NCBI GenBank assembly: GCA_965249275.1
Contig: CBDFLQ010000007.1
Coordinates: forward strand, 1-64,000
Source: Dehalococcoidia bacterium
GTDB taxonomy: Bacteria; Chloroflexota; Dehalococcoidia; Plut-88900
DNA length: 64,000 nucleotides
Direction: 5' to 3'
The notes below the pieces were generated by a model. The model searched no databases and was not told where the DNA came from. It worked only from the letters and a program-made list of their open reading frames with translations. The translations under genes were made by a program, and so were the position numbers. This document shows, piece after piece, positions 8,326-19,662 of the stretch (positions are counted from its first letter, which is position 1; each line of letters starts with the position of its first letter).

Positions 8326-9558
8326 TTAGGCCAGGGCCCCGGCCTTCTCCTTGACGGACCTGCCGATGCCGATTCGGCGTGACATAATGACGCGCTGGAT
8401 GTCGGCGGTTCCGGCGGGGTGCAGATTCGCGATAGAGTTACGCTGGTCGAGCTCTATGGCGGTCTTCAGAACGGTCCAGCTGTCATCCTTGACGAGGGCG
8501 TAAGGTCCAAGGACATCAAGGATAGTTTCGGCGTTTTCCAGACCTGCGATCTTATCGTAATAGGAAAGCTGGGAGCCTTCGTAAGAGCGAGGTTGTTTGG
8601 CGTTGGCAAGCCAGAAGTTGCGGACTCCGAACAGACGAACGATCTCTGAGCGGATGTAGATGTCAGCGATACGGAGGCGTATTTCGGGGTCGGCGCTCAG
8701 GGGTTTGCCGCCGCGTCGAGTCTCCTTGCAATACTCGATGAACCGGTCGACCAGGGTATTGCGCTGGACTGCGCCTCCACCCCCATGTTCCAGCTCAAGA
8801 TGAGTGGTTGCGACCTGCCAGCCGTTGTTCTCTCCGCCAACGAGGTTGAAGGCCGGGACCCGTACGTCCTCGAAGTGTATGGTGTTCTTCCTGCCGGTGC
8901 CTGCCCCGCCTTCGTTTCCGGTGCCCAGCAGGTCCATGGGCAGAATTGAAACGCCGGGAGCATCCATGGGGATGATGAACCAGGAGAGGTTTTCGTGGCG
9001 CGGGGCTTCGGGATTGGTCTCGCAGAGGACCCAGGCCTGCTCTGCCCCGTGGTCGCTGCCGACGAAAATCTTCCCGCCGTTGATGACGTACTCATCGCCG
9101 ACTCGGGTGGCGTTGGTCTTGACCCCAGCGAGGTCGGATCCGGCCTCGGGCTCGGTGAGGAGCTGCCAGGTACGGACCTCGCCCTTGAAGATGGGTGGCA
9201 GGAAGTGGGCCTTCTGCTCCTCGCTGCCCCAGACAAGGATGGATGCGCCCCCGAGCTGCCCGCCGCTGTCGTAATAGGGTGGAAGAGTTAGACCGGCACT
9301 CCCCAGTTCCTCTTCGATGATAATGGCGTGGTCGATGCTCAGGCCGCCGCCGCCGTACTGGGTCGGGGAGGTGGGCCAGAGCCAACCCTTCTCCCCGAGG
9401 GCCCGGCCTATCCTGCGTCGCTTCTGGTACTGGTCGTAGGAGAGGTCATGGGAGTCGACGGGGAACTCCAACTCGTCGAGCCCGGAACTCTCCAGAAGAG
9501 AGCGGACTTCCTTGCGGAAGGCTTCCTGCTCGGGGGTATATTCAAGCTCGAAGTTCAT
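8326..9558 (-). CDS. Acyl-CoA dehydrogenase family protein
   Basis: TEPEAGSDLA, NGGKIF, FEDVRVPAFNLVG.ENNGW, GTADIQR. Confidence 0.9.
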   Translation of the reverse strand: MNFELEYTPEQEAFRKEVRSLLESSGLDELEFPVDSHDLSYDQYQKRRRIGRALGEKGWLWPTSPTQYGGGGLSIDHAIIIEEELGSAGLTLPPYYDSGGQLGGASILVWGSEEQKAHFLPPIFKGEVRTWQLLTEPEAGSDLAGVKTNATRVGDEYVINGGKIFVGSDHGAEQAWVLCETNPEAPRHENLSWFIIPMDAPGVSILPMDLLGTGNEGGAGTGRKNTIHFEDVRVPAFNLVGGENNGWQVATTHLELEHGGGGAVQRNTLVDRFIEYCKETRRGGKPLSADPEIRLRIADIYIRSEIVRLFGVRNFWLANAKQPRSYEGSQLSYYDKIAGLENAETILDVLGPYALVKDDSWTVLKTAIELDQRNSIANLHPAGTADIQRVIMSRRIGIGRSVKEKAGALA

Positions 9559-9574
9559 AGCCGGAGTGGTAGGT

Positions 9575-9604
9575 ATTATTAGGGGAGTGGGGTGGGGGTG
9601 TCAA
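9575..9604 (-). promoter_or_regulatory. sigma70-like promoter for the ACAD operon
   Basis: Minus strand TTGACA-18 nt C-rich spacer-AATAAT upstream of ATG 9558. Confidence 0.5.
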
Positions 9605-9723
9605 TTGGGGGGTACGTCGACGATCAAGTGTGGGTAGCTCCGCGGACAAATTGGAAAGAAAGTCAGCTCGCTAGTGTTTTGATGAAGTTGGAACTTCGGA
9701 GGCTTCTGGTGAATGAGTAGGCG

Positions 9724-9755
9724 TGATAACATATTGATAGCAATTGGAATATGCT
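9724..9755. promoter_or_regulatory. Putative FitA-type autoregulatory operator
   Basis: TGATAGCA (9735-9742) matches the FitA half-site; TGATAACA variant at 9724; CATATT..AATATG inverted repeat just upstream of the antitoxin. Confidence 0.45.
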
Positions 9756-9777
9756 TAACAGGTGAGGAACAGATAGA

Positions 9778-10038
9778 ATGGCCACTCTGAACGTCCGAAA
9801 GCTGGATGAGGATGTCGTGGTTAAGCTCAAGCGGAGGGCCGCTGAAAACAACCGTTCTTTGGAGAGTGAGGCCAGACACATCCTGGAAATAGCCGCCGTG
9901 GATAACGTGGCGGAAAAGATGAGAGCGTTCCGGGCCAAGGCCAAGGCACTGCGCAAGCTGACCCGCGGTACAAACCAGGTGCCTTCAGAGGTGATTATCA
10001 GGGAAGACCGTGACTTCGGCCACGGGCCTGGCTCATGA
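9778..10038 (+). CDS. FitA-like ribbon-helix-helix antitoxin
   Basis: MATLNVRKLDEDVVVKLKRRAAENNRSLESEARHIL and S..IIREDRD; overlaps PIN gene by 4 nt. Confidence 0.85.
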   Translation: MATLNVRKLDEDVVVKLKRRAAENNRSLESEARHILEIAAVDNVAEKMRAFRAKAKALRKLTRGTNQVPSEVIIREDRDFGHGPGS

Positions 10039-10460
10039 AGGTGGTCGTCGACGCCAGTGTCGCTGCGAAGTGGCTCGTTGATGAGGAAGGCTCAGATGCG
10101 GCCGACACTCTGCTCGACGGTAGCTTCGAACTTTTCGCACCCAGGCTTATGGCATCGGAAGTGGGAAGCGCGCTAAGACATAAGGTCCGTATGGGAAAGC
10201 TGGAAGTGAGCACAGCGGGCGAATTAGCCTCTCAGATAAACGACTTGACGGTTATCTGGGCTGAAGATCAAGAAGTCGCTGCGGATGCTACGCGACTCGC
10301 CCTTGCCTTGAATTGTTCGGTATTTGACTGCATCTATCTCGCCCTGGCGCATCGCGTAGGGGCTAAGCTCATAACCGAAGACAAACGATTCGTCAATGCG
10401 GTGGCGCACACGGAGCATGGTGGAATAGTGACCACCTTGGCAGAATTTGTAATTGCTTAA
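10035..10460 (+). CDS. vapC: VapC family PIN-domain toxin
   Basis: VVDASVAAKW..E, D..YLALA, LITED. Confidence 0.9.
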   Translation: MKVVVDASVAAKWLVDEEGSDAADTLLDGSFELFAPRLMASEVGSALRHKVRMGKLEVSTAGELASQINDLTVIWAEDQEVAADATRLALALNCSVFDCIYLALAHRVGAKLITEDKRFVNAVAHTEHGGIVTTLAEFVIA

Positions 10461-10540
10461 GGGAATGCACCCGAATCTCTGATAGAATTGCCAACCACAG
10501 CCTTGTAGACTAACCCTTAGATTATTCAGGAAACCCACAC

Positions 10541-11695
10541 ATGCGTTTTGCGGCTATAAGCACCATGATCGATCCGAAGAAGCGGTATTCCCAGGCTGAG
10601 CTTCTCGACACGCTGCGTGAGCAGGTGGTTGTGGCGGAGGATATGGGGTTCGAGGCGTACTGGCTCGGGGAGCACCACTTCGGGCCGCACGGGATGGGGA
10701 ACGTTCCTAACCCGATACTGGTCGGGGCCGACCTGGCAGCGCGGACAAAACGGATCAGGATTGGACAGCTGGCGAACATCGCCGTCTGGTGGCACCCGCT
10801 AAGACTTGCCGAGGACCTGGCCGTTCTCGATAACCTTACCAAGGGTCGGATAGAGGTCGGGTTTGGGCGGGGGATCTGGCCTTACGAAGGTCCGCAATTC
10901 CACCCCAACGCCGACCCCCGCAAGGGTGACGAGAATCGGGAGCTCTTCGAAGAGGTAATCGACGTCGTCAAGAAGGCCTGGACTGAGGATTTCTTCTCCC
11001 ACAAGGGCCCGAACTTCCAGTTTCCGGCGGACGACACTAGCTTCTCTCACCCGAAATTTGCGCCAAACCCCGAATGGCAGGATGGAAACCGGGTACTCAA
11101 GCTCAACGTGACGCCGAAGCCGTACCAGAAACCACACCCGCCTCTCTGGATGACCGTATCGACTGACAGGTCCGTAGCCTTTGCAGCGAAGCTGGGGCTA
11201 AAGCCCTGCTACTGGCAGCCGCCGGCACTGCGTTTGCGGGAGAGGTTCAAGCTGTATGCGAAGACCCGGTCGGAGATTGAGAGTAGGCCGTTCAGGATGG
11301 GAGAAGACCAGGCGGTGATGAGGCACACCTTCGTGGCCAAGGATGCGGAAGAGGCTCGACGCGTCGCCGGAGAAGGAATCATGTTCAGCTTCACCTACAA
11401 CGACCCGTTCCGCGGGCTGCAGGTGTTTATGAACCCCGGCGAAGAGGTCACCCCGGACATGAAGATGGACTGGGACTTCCTGAGCAGCCGACACCTGCTT
11501 GTCGGGAGCCCGGACGAGGTAGCCGAGAAGATCCACGAACTCCAGGAGGTTTGCGGACTGGAATACCTGGTTGTCAACTACGGTCACGGCTGGCTTCCCA
11601 AAGAGGATGCAATGCGAAGTCTTGAGAACTTTGCGGCTAAGGTGATGCCCCAGTTCCAGAAGACACCGGACCCAGTGCCGGTCGCCGCGTCCTAA
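10541..11695 (+). CDS. LLM-class flavin-dependent oxidoreductase
   Basis: WLGEHHF, HPLRLAEDLA.LD.LT.GR, PKPYQKPHPPLW. Confidence 0.9.
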   Translation: MRFAAISTMIDPKKRYSQAELLDTLREQVVVAEDMGFEAYWLGEHHFGPHGMGNVPNPILVGADLAARTKRIRIGQLANIAVWWHPLRLAEDLAVLDNLTKGRIEVGFGRGIWPYEGPQFHPNADPRKGDENRELFEEVIDVVKKAWTEDFFSHKGPNFQFPADDTSFSHPKFAPNPEWQDGNRVLKLNVTPKPYQKPHPPLWMTVSTDRSVAFAAKLGLKPCYWQPPALRLRERFKLYAKTRSEIESRPFRMGEDQAVMRHTFVAKDAEEARRVAGEGIMFSFTYNDPFRGLQVFMNPGEEVTPDMKMDWDFLSSRHLLVGSPDEVAEKIHELQEVCGLEYLVVNYGHGWLPKEDAMRSLENFAAKVMPQFQKTPDPVPVAAS

Positions 11696-11711
11696 AGAGC
11701 GAAGAATAACC

Positions 11712-12899
<1,188 letters not shown>

Positions 12900-12917
12900 C
12901 GGGAAGGAGACAGGAAC

Positions 12918-14075
12918 ATGAGGTTTGCGGCATTTACTACCGTGGCGGACGCAGCAGGAGAAGCCACAACTGCAGCGGACTTGCTGGACAACCTGAGGGA
13001 ACAGACCATCTTGGCGGAACAGATGGGTTTCGAAGCGATGTGGCTGGGCGAGCACCACTTCGGACCCTACGAAACTGGCGACATTCCCAACCCCATCCTG
13101 CTCGGTGCGGACCTGGCGGCACGGACGTCGAAGATTCGAATCGGGCAGATGGCGAACATCGCTCCCTGGTGGCACCCGATACGCCTCGCCGAGGATGTAG
13201 CGATCCTGGACAACCTGACCCGGGGCAGGGTGGATGTGGGGTTTGGTCGGGGAATATGGCCGTATGAGGGCCCTCAGTTCCACCCGAACGCCGACCCCAG
13301 GAAGGACAAGGAGAACCGCACGCTGTTCCGGGAGATCATTGAAATCGCCAAGGAGATATGGACAAACGAGTACTTCTCCTACGAGGGTGAGAACTTCACT
13401 TTCCCGGCGGCGGAGACACAGTTCAAGCATCCCCTTTACCCGCCAAACGACGTGTGGCTGGATGGGGACAAGGTCACGAAGCTCCGGGTTACCCCCAGGC
13501 CTTACCAGAAGCCACACCCACCGCTTTGGATGACCGTATCCACGGACAGATCTGTGACTACCGCGGCTGAACTGGGCTTGAAAGCCTGCTACTGGCAGCC
13601 GCCTGCACTCAGAATCAAGCAGCGCATGGAGCGATATGCAGAAGTAAGATCAGAGAAGGAAGGACGACAATTCACATTCGGTGAGCATCAGGCGGTGATG
13701 CGCACTACCTACGTGTCGACATCCATGGAGCAGGCTCGACGCGAGGGAGAAGCCGGGGTGATGTCCGGGTTCATCTACAACGACCCCTTCCGCGGCCGGG
13801 AAGTGTTCGCGAATCCTGATGAGGAACTGGAACCCGGCACCAAGATGGACTGGGACTTCCTCGAGCCCCGGTCCTTACTGGTAGGCTCACCGGACGACGT
13901 CATAGAGAAACTGCACGAGTTACAGGAAGTGTGCAAACTGGACTATCTCCTCGTCTCCTATTCCCACTTCGGCATTCCGACTAACAAGGTGCTCAAGAGC
14001 CTGGAGCTCTTTGCCACGAAAGTAATGCCGTGGTTCTCGAAGAAGGAAGCCGAGACCCCGATGGCCGCATCCTGA
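12918..14075 (+). CDS. LLM-class flavin-dependent oxidoreductase (paralog of 10541..11695)
   Basis: Shares long identical peptides with the upstream LLM, e.g. GFGRGIWPYEGPQFHPNADPRK. Confidence 0.9.
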   Translation: MRFAAFTTVADAAGEATTAADLLDNLREQTILAEQMGFEAMWLGEHHFGPYETGDIPNPILLGADLAARTSKIRIGQMANIAPWWHPIRLAEDVAILDNLTRGRVDVGFGRGIWPYEGPQFHPNADPRKDKENRTLFREIIEIAKEIWTNEYFSYEGENFTFPAAETQFKHPLYPPNDVWLDGDKVTKLRVTPRPYQKPHPPLWMTVSTDRSVTTAAELGLKACYWQPPALRIKQRMERYAEVRSEKEGRQFTFGEHQAVMRTTYVSTSMEQARREGEAGVMSGFIYNDPFRGREVFANPDEELEPGTKMDWDFLEPRSLLVGSPDDVIEKLHELQEVCKLDYLLVSYSHFGIPTNKVLKSLELFATKVMPWFSKKEAETPMAAS

Positions 14076-14106
14076 CCGTCGGGACTGAAGTCCCGGGAGC
14101 CTAAAA

Positions 14107-14955
14107 ATGACATCACAACCCCAACTGATAGACTGGCACACCCATACGTGGAAGCCGGAGCACATGACGGCCCAGGCCCGATCCGACATGAAGGTCCACG
14201 GCGTCATCGGTGGGGAAGCAACGCCGGATGATCACAAGAAGTCGGTGGTGGATGGTGGGGCAGAGAAGTTCGTCGTGATCAACGCGCCCGTTCGCGCCTA
14301 CAAGAAGATACCCAACGATTTCATTGCAGACTACGTGGCGCAGTTCCCGGGCCGAGCCGTAGGTTTCGCCTCCGTAGACCCGAACGACCCCACTGCTGCA
14401 GAGGAGTTTGAGCGCAGCGTCACGGACCTTGGATTGCAAGGACTGAAGGTATCGCCAGTGTACCAGGGCTTCGATCCCTGGAGCCCTGAAGCGTGGGAGC
14501 TTTACTACCTGGCCAACAAGTACGACGTTCCCGTGATGTTCCACATGGGCGGCATGTACGACCCCAACGGGACCCTGGAATGGGGCCATGTCTTCAGGCT
14601 GGACAAGGTCGGTAGGGCGTTTCCCGACCTGCGAATAATAGTGGCCCACTTCGGGCAGCCGAATATGCAGGAAACCGCGATGCTGATGCGGAAGAACACG
14701 AACGTTTTCACTGACCTCTCGGCGAGGTTCCACCGGAAGTGGCAGCTGTACAACGGGCTGCTGGTGGCAATCGAATACAAAGTCACCGACCGAATCCTCT
14801 TCGGCTCCGACTTTCCCGTGATGACCACCATGGACGCGGTCAACGCCTTCAAGAACATCAACGACTGGGGCGAAGGCATAAACCTGCCCAAGATCCCTCC
14901 CGACCTGATCGATGAGATCATCTACAACCGCCCCTTCGACCTGCTGCGATTCTAA
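14107..14955 (+). CDS. Amidohydrolase_2 family protein
   Basis: IDWHTH, FHMG, AHFG, FGSDFP. Confidence 0.85.
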   Translation: MTSQPQLIDWHTHTWKPEHMTAQARSDMKVHGVIGGEATPDDHKKSVVDGGAEKFVVINAPVRAYKKIPNDFIADYVAQFPGRAVGFASVDPNDPTAAEEFERSVTDLGLQGLKVSPVYQGFDPWSPEAWELYYLANKYDVPVMFHMGGMYDPNGTLEWGHVFRLDKVGRAFPDLRIIVAHFGQPNMQETAMLMRKNTNVFTDLSARFHRKWQLYNGLLVAIEYKVTDRILFGSDFPVMTTMDAVNAFKNINDWGEGINLPKIPPDLIDEIIYNRPFDLLRF

Positions 14956-14967
14956 AGGAGACACCGG

Positions 14968-16137
14968 ATGACAAGCGGTAACCTGGAAGCGAAAGACTGG
15001 GCCTTTTCCGAAAGCGAGTACCGAGGCCGCGTGGACCGGGCCAAGGAAGCCCTTAAAGAAGCGGGGCTGGACTGCGCGGTGTGCGTCGGACCGGAGCTAA
15101 TTAACTACTACGCAGGCTACGACGCCCATACCTTCTTCCAGTTCCAGGGCCTGGTCTTCGGGCCAGGCGACGACGAGCCTACTTTCGTAATGCGGGACGT
15201 GGACATTGGGCGGGCGGAGGTCACGTCTTGGGTATCGGATGTGCGGCTGTACCGGCACGGCGCTGAGGACCCGGTGGAAATGGTGGCCAAGGCGGTCAAA
15301 GAGCGCCTGGGCAGCGGTACGAGGGTCGGGGCGGACCTGCAGGCCTACGCCTTCACTGGGATCCACGCACTTCGCCTAAAGGACGCGCTCGGTTCTGCCA
15401 GCCTGGAAAACTTTACCAATGGGCTCGATGGTGTGCGGCTTTCCAAGTCCGACGAGGAGATGAACTACGTCCGAAAGGCGGCGGCAATCGCGACGGCAGG
15501 GCTCGAACGGGCCAACGCCACAGCGCGCCCAGGCATCACCGAGATAGACCTGGCAGCGGAGATAGAAGCCGCCATGCGGCAGGCGGGCAGCGAATATCCG
15601 GGCATGCCGACGTGGATATCCTCTGGTGCGAGGAGAATCGGCCATAAGACGGCGGACAGGAGAGTGATTGAGCCGGGCGACCTGATATCGATGGAGTTTC
15701 CCGGCGTATACCGACGCTATCACGCTGCCACGATGCAGACCATTTCTGTGGGAGAGCCGACGCCTGGGTGCCGAGATGCCTATGGCATCGCGTTGAGGGC
15801 CTTGCGGGCCGGATGCAAGGAGATCGCTATCGGGAGGCAGGTGTCGGATGCGGAGCAGGGTGCGGTGCAATCGCTTATCGCAGACGGATTCGACGCCACG
15901 GTAAGGGCGAGGTTTGGGTACGGCGTAGGCATCGCATATCCGCCGACCTGGCTAGAGACTCTCGACATAACACTGGAGTCGGACCAGGTCTTCGAGCGCA
16001 ACATGACCTTCGTGCTGCACACGAGCTCAAGCGACTTGGACACGGGCCAGCAGGTCCTGGTCGGCGGGGCGTACGCCGTCACAGACAATGGGCTTGAAGT
16101 CCTCAGCGGGGGAGACCTGGAGCTAAAGGTCGTCTAA
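14968..16137 (+). CDS. M24/creatinase-fold hydrolase, ectoine hydrolase DoeA-like
   Basis: FSESEYRGR, EFPGVYRRYHA, GYGVGIAYPPTWLE; canonical dimetal ligands absent. Confidence 0.75.
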   Translation: MTSGNLEAKDWAFSESEYRGRVDRAKEALKEAGLDCAVCVGPELINYYAGYDAHTFFQFQGLVFGPGDDEPTFVMRDVDIGRAEVTSWVSDVRLYRHGAEDPVEMVAKAVKERLGSGTRVGADLQAYAFTGIHALRLKDALGSASLENFTNGLDGVRLSKSDEEMNYVRKAAAIATAGLERANATARPGITEIDLAAEIEAAMRQAGSEYPGMPTWISSGARRIGHKTADRRVIEPGDLISMEFPGVYRRYHAATMQTISVGEPTPGCRDAYGIALRALRAGCKEIAIGRQVSDAEQGAVQSLIADGFDATVRARFGYGVGIAYPPTWLETLDITLESDQVFERNMTFVLHTSSSDLDTGQQVLVGGAYAVTDNGLEVLSGGDLELKVV

Positions 16138-16227
16138 GGCCCGTAGCCAGCGGGGCTAATCCCCGCACCCTCAACCGTGGGTTCCTCTGCTAAAGCGGGA
16201 TTTACGGGAGAGAAAAGGAGCGGGAGG

Positions 16228-16599
16228 CTAGTTTTCCCACCGTTTGATTCCCGTGGAATCGGCAATTACCTGCCTGGCGGAGGTCAGCTTGGCCTCATCC
16301 GCACTGACGTCTGTCAGCCGATAGACGAACAATGGCTTGCCGGGCATTCGGCATTGCATCTCAATGCATCTGTGGGCTTCTGTGCCAAACGCGGACATCC
16401 GGAACACAATGTGCTCGAAGAGATGGCTTCTCTTGGAACCCATGATGAAAAATTTCTTGTCGGCGATGGTTACGGTCTCACGGGCGCGGTCAAAGACATA
16501 TTCGCGCCGGGACAATATGCCGTGAGGAGGTGTAACAGTGAGCTTGTCACCACTGGCGACGATAGTGCCGAAGGCCTCCTGAATGTGAGCATCAGCCAT
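16228..16599 (-). CDS. Hypothetical protein
   Basis: 123-aa ORF filling the gap, with AAAGG upstream and a TTGCCC-17-TAAAAT promoter at 16647-16675. Confidence 0.55.
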   Translation of the reverse strand: MADAHIQEAFGTIVASGDKLTVTPPHGILSRREYVFDRARETVTIADKKFFIMGSKRSHLFEHIVFRMSAFGTEAHRCIEMQCRMPGKPLFVYRLTDVSADEAKLTSARQVIADSTGIKRWEN

Positions 16600-16730
16600 G
16601 TTCTGTTTGCCTTTCGCGAAAAAAATGGTGTAGTCGGTGCGCGGGGATTTTATAGTAAGCAGGGGCGGTGGGCAAGGGTGGGGTAGAATAACTGCGCTGA
16701 AGCGACTTAAGGCAGGAAAAGAAGTAGTCG

Positions 16731-17210
16731 ATGAGCAAGTCGGAACCCGGTGGCGTTGAGAAAGTTAGGGAGGCCCTTGTGGGGTTGGGGTATGGGTACT
16801 GCCCCGTTGTACTTCCTAAGTCGGCGCGGACGTCTGTGGAGGCGGCTGAGGCCCTTGGCTGCGACGTGGCGCAGATCGCCAAGTCCCTGGTGTTTCGTGG
16901 CCGAGACTCGGGGCGGGCAGTCCTGGTGGTTGCCAGCGGAGTAAACCGGGTGGACGAAAAGCGGTTGGGTCGGACAATCGGGGAGAAGGTTCAGAAGCCG
17001 GACGCCGATTTCGTGAGGGAGGTTACCGGGTTCACCATAGGCGGGGTGCCGCCGTTGGGGCACGCCAACCCACTGGAGACGCTCATCGACGAAGACCTGC
17101 TCCAATACGAAGTGGTCTGGGCTGCCGCGGGCAATCCGAAGGCCGTGTTCTCGCTCGACCCGAAAGACCTGGAGTCAATGACTGGGGGTCGGGTGACCCA
17201 GGTAAAGTAG
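16731..17210 (+). CDS. YbaK/EbsC family aminoacyl-tRNA deacylase-like protein
   Basis: QIAKSLVF, SGVNRVD, TGFTIGGVPPLGH, WAAAG. Confidence 0.9.
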   Translation: MSKSEPGGVEKVREALVGLGYGYCPVVLPKSARTSVEAAEALGCDVAQIAKSLVFRGRDSGRAVLVVASGVNRVDEKRLGRTIGEKVQKPDADFVREVTGFTIGGVPPLGHANPLETLIDEDLLQYEVVWAAAGNPKAVFSLDPKDLESMTGGRVTQVK

Positions 17211-17256
17211 GGACTCGGACTTCCGGGCCTTGCCGCATGCAGCAGGGAGGCAACTG

Positions 17257-18237
17257 GTGAAAAGGCTAAAGGTATTAGCGACCGGCGGCACAATAGCATA
17301 CAGATGGGACGAGGCCAGTGGCGGAGCGATTCCCGCAGTGACCGGCGCCGACCTCATCGAGGCCGTTCCTCAACTTGCCGAATTAGCCCGGATAGACGTG
17401 CTCGAGGTGTCCAACGTCGCCAGCCAAGTCCTCGGGCCATCGGACTTTCTGGCCTTTGCCAGGGAATGCGAAAGAATCGCCGCTGCCGACGAAGCAGACG
17501 GGATAGTCGTGACCATGGGCACTGCGACATTGGCGGAGTGTGCCTACACGTTGCACCTGCTCCTGAATCAGGACATCCCGGTTGTAGTAACGGGCGCTAT
17601 GCGGACCCATTCCCACCCCAGCCCCGACGGGCCGGGGAACCTCCTTGATTCCGGGATAGCGGCGATTTCGGACGAGACTCGGGGGTGGGGTGTGTTGGTC
17701 TGTGCCAACGGTGAACTCCACGACCCACGAGAGGTGGTAAAGAGCAATTCTACAGACTTGGCAACGTTCAAATCGCCGGAGTTCGGGCCGGTGGGAATGA
17801 TCAGGAATGGCATGGCAGTCCTCTTTCGGAGGCCAACCATACGAGAGCACATTCCAGTGGAGGCTATCAATGCCAGGGTGTCGATAGTCCCAGCGATAGA
17901 GGGTGACGACGGCAAATTGGTAGATGCGGCAGCCGAGTTCTCGGACGGCATGGTTATCGTGGGATTTGCGCCCGGCTGCGTGCCTCCGGGGATGACCACG
18001 GCCATTGAGCGGGCGGCGGCAAGGGGCAGGGCTATGGTCTTGGTCACCCGTTCTTACGGCGGGTCCCTGGGGATTGGGGTTTATGCGAGGAGTGTTGGAG
18101 GCATAGAGCACCTGATGGAGATGGGTGTCCTGCCGGGCGGAAGCCTTCGTGCATCGAAAGCGCAGATCAAGCTGACGCTTGCCCTCAGCGCCACCCGAGA
18201 CCCCGAGCAGATTAAAGAGTTGTTCCCGAACATATAG
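17257..18237 (+). CDS. Asparaginase/glutaminase family protein
   Basis: ATGGTIA, VVTMGT, VVVTGAMR, DGPGNL; GTG start after GGAGG. Confidence 0.85.
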   Translation: MKRLKVLATGGTIAYRWDEASGGAIPAVTGADLIEAVPQLAELARIDVLEVSNVASQVLGPSDFLAFARECERIAAADEADGIVVTMGTATLAECAYTLHLLLNQDIPVVVTGAMRTHSHPSPDGPGNLLDSGIAAISDETRGWGVLVCANGELHDPREVVKSNSTDLATFKSPEFGPVGMIRNGMAVLFRRPTIREHIPVEAINARVSIVPAIEGDDGKLVDAAAEFSDGMVIVGFAPGCVPPGMTTAIERAAARGRAMVLVTRSYGGSLGIGVYARSVGGIEHLMEMGVLPGGSLRASKAQIKLTLALSATRDPEQIKELFPNI

Positions 18238-18261
18238 AGGCTTGAAACTCGGACACAGGAG

Positions 18262-19662
18262 ATGAGCATGGACCTGGTAATCAGAGGCGGGAACGTAATC
18301 ACGGCTGAATCCAACTACACGGCGGACATCGGGGTGCGGGGTGGCGTTATTGCACAGATCGGCGGGACTATGGACGCGCCAAGGGAGATCGACGCGTCAG
18401 GGAAGCTTGTGATACCGGGAGGCGTGGACGTGCACGTTCACTTTGAGCCGGACGAGGGCCTGGGCCCCGATTGGGGAGGGATGGTGGACGGGTACTACTC
18501 GGGGTCGGCGGGTGCGGCTATCGGGGGCATTACCACCTTTGGAAACATGGTCGCGCCGCTTGGTGACGAGGGAGAGGGGGATGGAGGGGAGGGGTTGATG
18601 GAGATGCTGGAGCGCGCTGAAAATTGCGCTCTGACCAACTCGGTGCTGGACTTCACTTTACACCCGATCATCTATCACCCCACCCCAGACATCATTGCGG
18701 AGATGCCCAGGATGGCCGAGGCCGGCTACTACAGCATCAAGATTTTCACCCTGTTCCAGTTCGACAAGAGGATCAAGGACTTTATCCAGGCAATAGACGC
18801 TGCCCGCCAGCACGGCATGATCACCATGATGCACTGCGAGGACCAGCCAATCAACGGCTACTTGGCCAGAAGGCTGATCGGCGAGGGGAAGTCAGGCATT
18901 CAATACTACAACGACAGCAGGCCCGACTACGCAGAGGCCATCGCTACTGCCAGGGCCGTCGCCATCGGCCGGGCAACGGGTGCGAGCATCTACGTGGTGC
19001 ATCTATCGTCGAAGGCGGCACTGGAAGTCACCCGACGTAATCCCGTTGAGGGACAACGCGTGTACGTCGAGACTCGGCCCCTCTATCTCCACCTGGACGT
19101 CCGAAATTACGACGAGCCTAATGCTGAGAAGTACACGGGGTGGCCACCCTTGAGAGACCCGGAGGACGTCGAGGCCCTGTGGCACGGTGTCAATGCGGGG
19201 AACATCCACACGGTCTGCAGCGATCACGCTCCCTGGACATGGGACCAGAAGCTTAACCCCAAGCTGAACGTCGGCAACTTCCTGCCGGGCATGGCGAACT
19301 TGGAAACCATGCTGCCAATGCTCTACGACGATGGTGTACGGACGGGTCGGATAACTGCTAACAAGTGGGTGGACCTGGTCGCTACCACGCCGGCCAAGCT
19401 TTTCGGAATGTTCCCACAGAAGGGGACGATAGCCGTGGGGTCGGATGCAGACATTGCGGTGTGGGACCCGGATCGGAAGCGGACGATCAGGGGCGAAGAG
19501 ATGGCATCCAACGCGGGCTTCGACATCTACGAAGGAAAGGAAGTCCGCGGTTGGCCCGAGTACACGATTTCACGGGGCGAGATTATCGTGGACAAGGGAG
19601 AGCTGGTCGGGAGCCGGGGCCGAGGGTTAAGGGTGAAGCGTGGGCCGCACCAGCCGCTATGA
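18262..19662 (+). CDS. Dihydropyrimidinase/hydantoinase-like cyclic amidohydrolase
   Basis: PGGVDVHVH, HCED, YVVHLS, SDHAP, PAKLFG..PQKG.IAVGSDAD. Confidence 0.85.
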   Translation: MSMDLVIRGGNVITAESNYTADIGVRGGVIAQIGGTMDAPREIDASGKLVIPGGVDVHVHFEPDEGLGPDWGGMVDGYYSGSAGAAIGGITTFGNMVAPLGDEGEGDGGEGLMEMLERAENCALTNSVLDFTLHPIIYHPTPDIIAEMPRMAEAGYYSIKIFTLFQFDKRIKDFIQAIDAARQHGMITMMHCEDQPINGYLARRLIGEGKSGIQYYNDSRPDYAEAIATARAVAIGRATGASIYVVHLSSKAALEVTRRNPVEGQRVYVETRPLYLHLDVRNYDEPNAEKYTGWPPLRDPEDVEALWHGVNAGNIHTVCSDHAPWTWDQKLNPKLNVGNFLPGMANLETMLPMLYDDGVRTGRITANKWVDLVATTPAKLFGMFPQKGTIAVGSDADIAVWDPDRKRTIRGEEMASNAGFDIYEGKEVRGWPEYTISRGEIIVDKGELVGSRGRGLRVKRGPHQPL

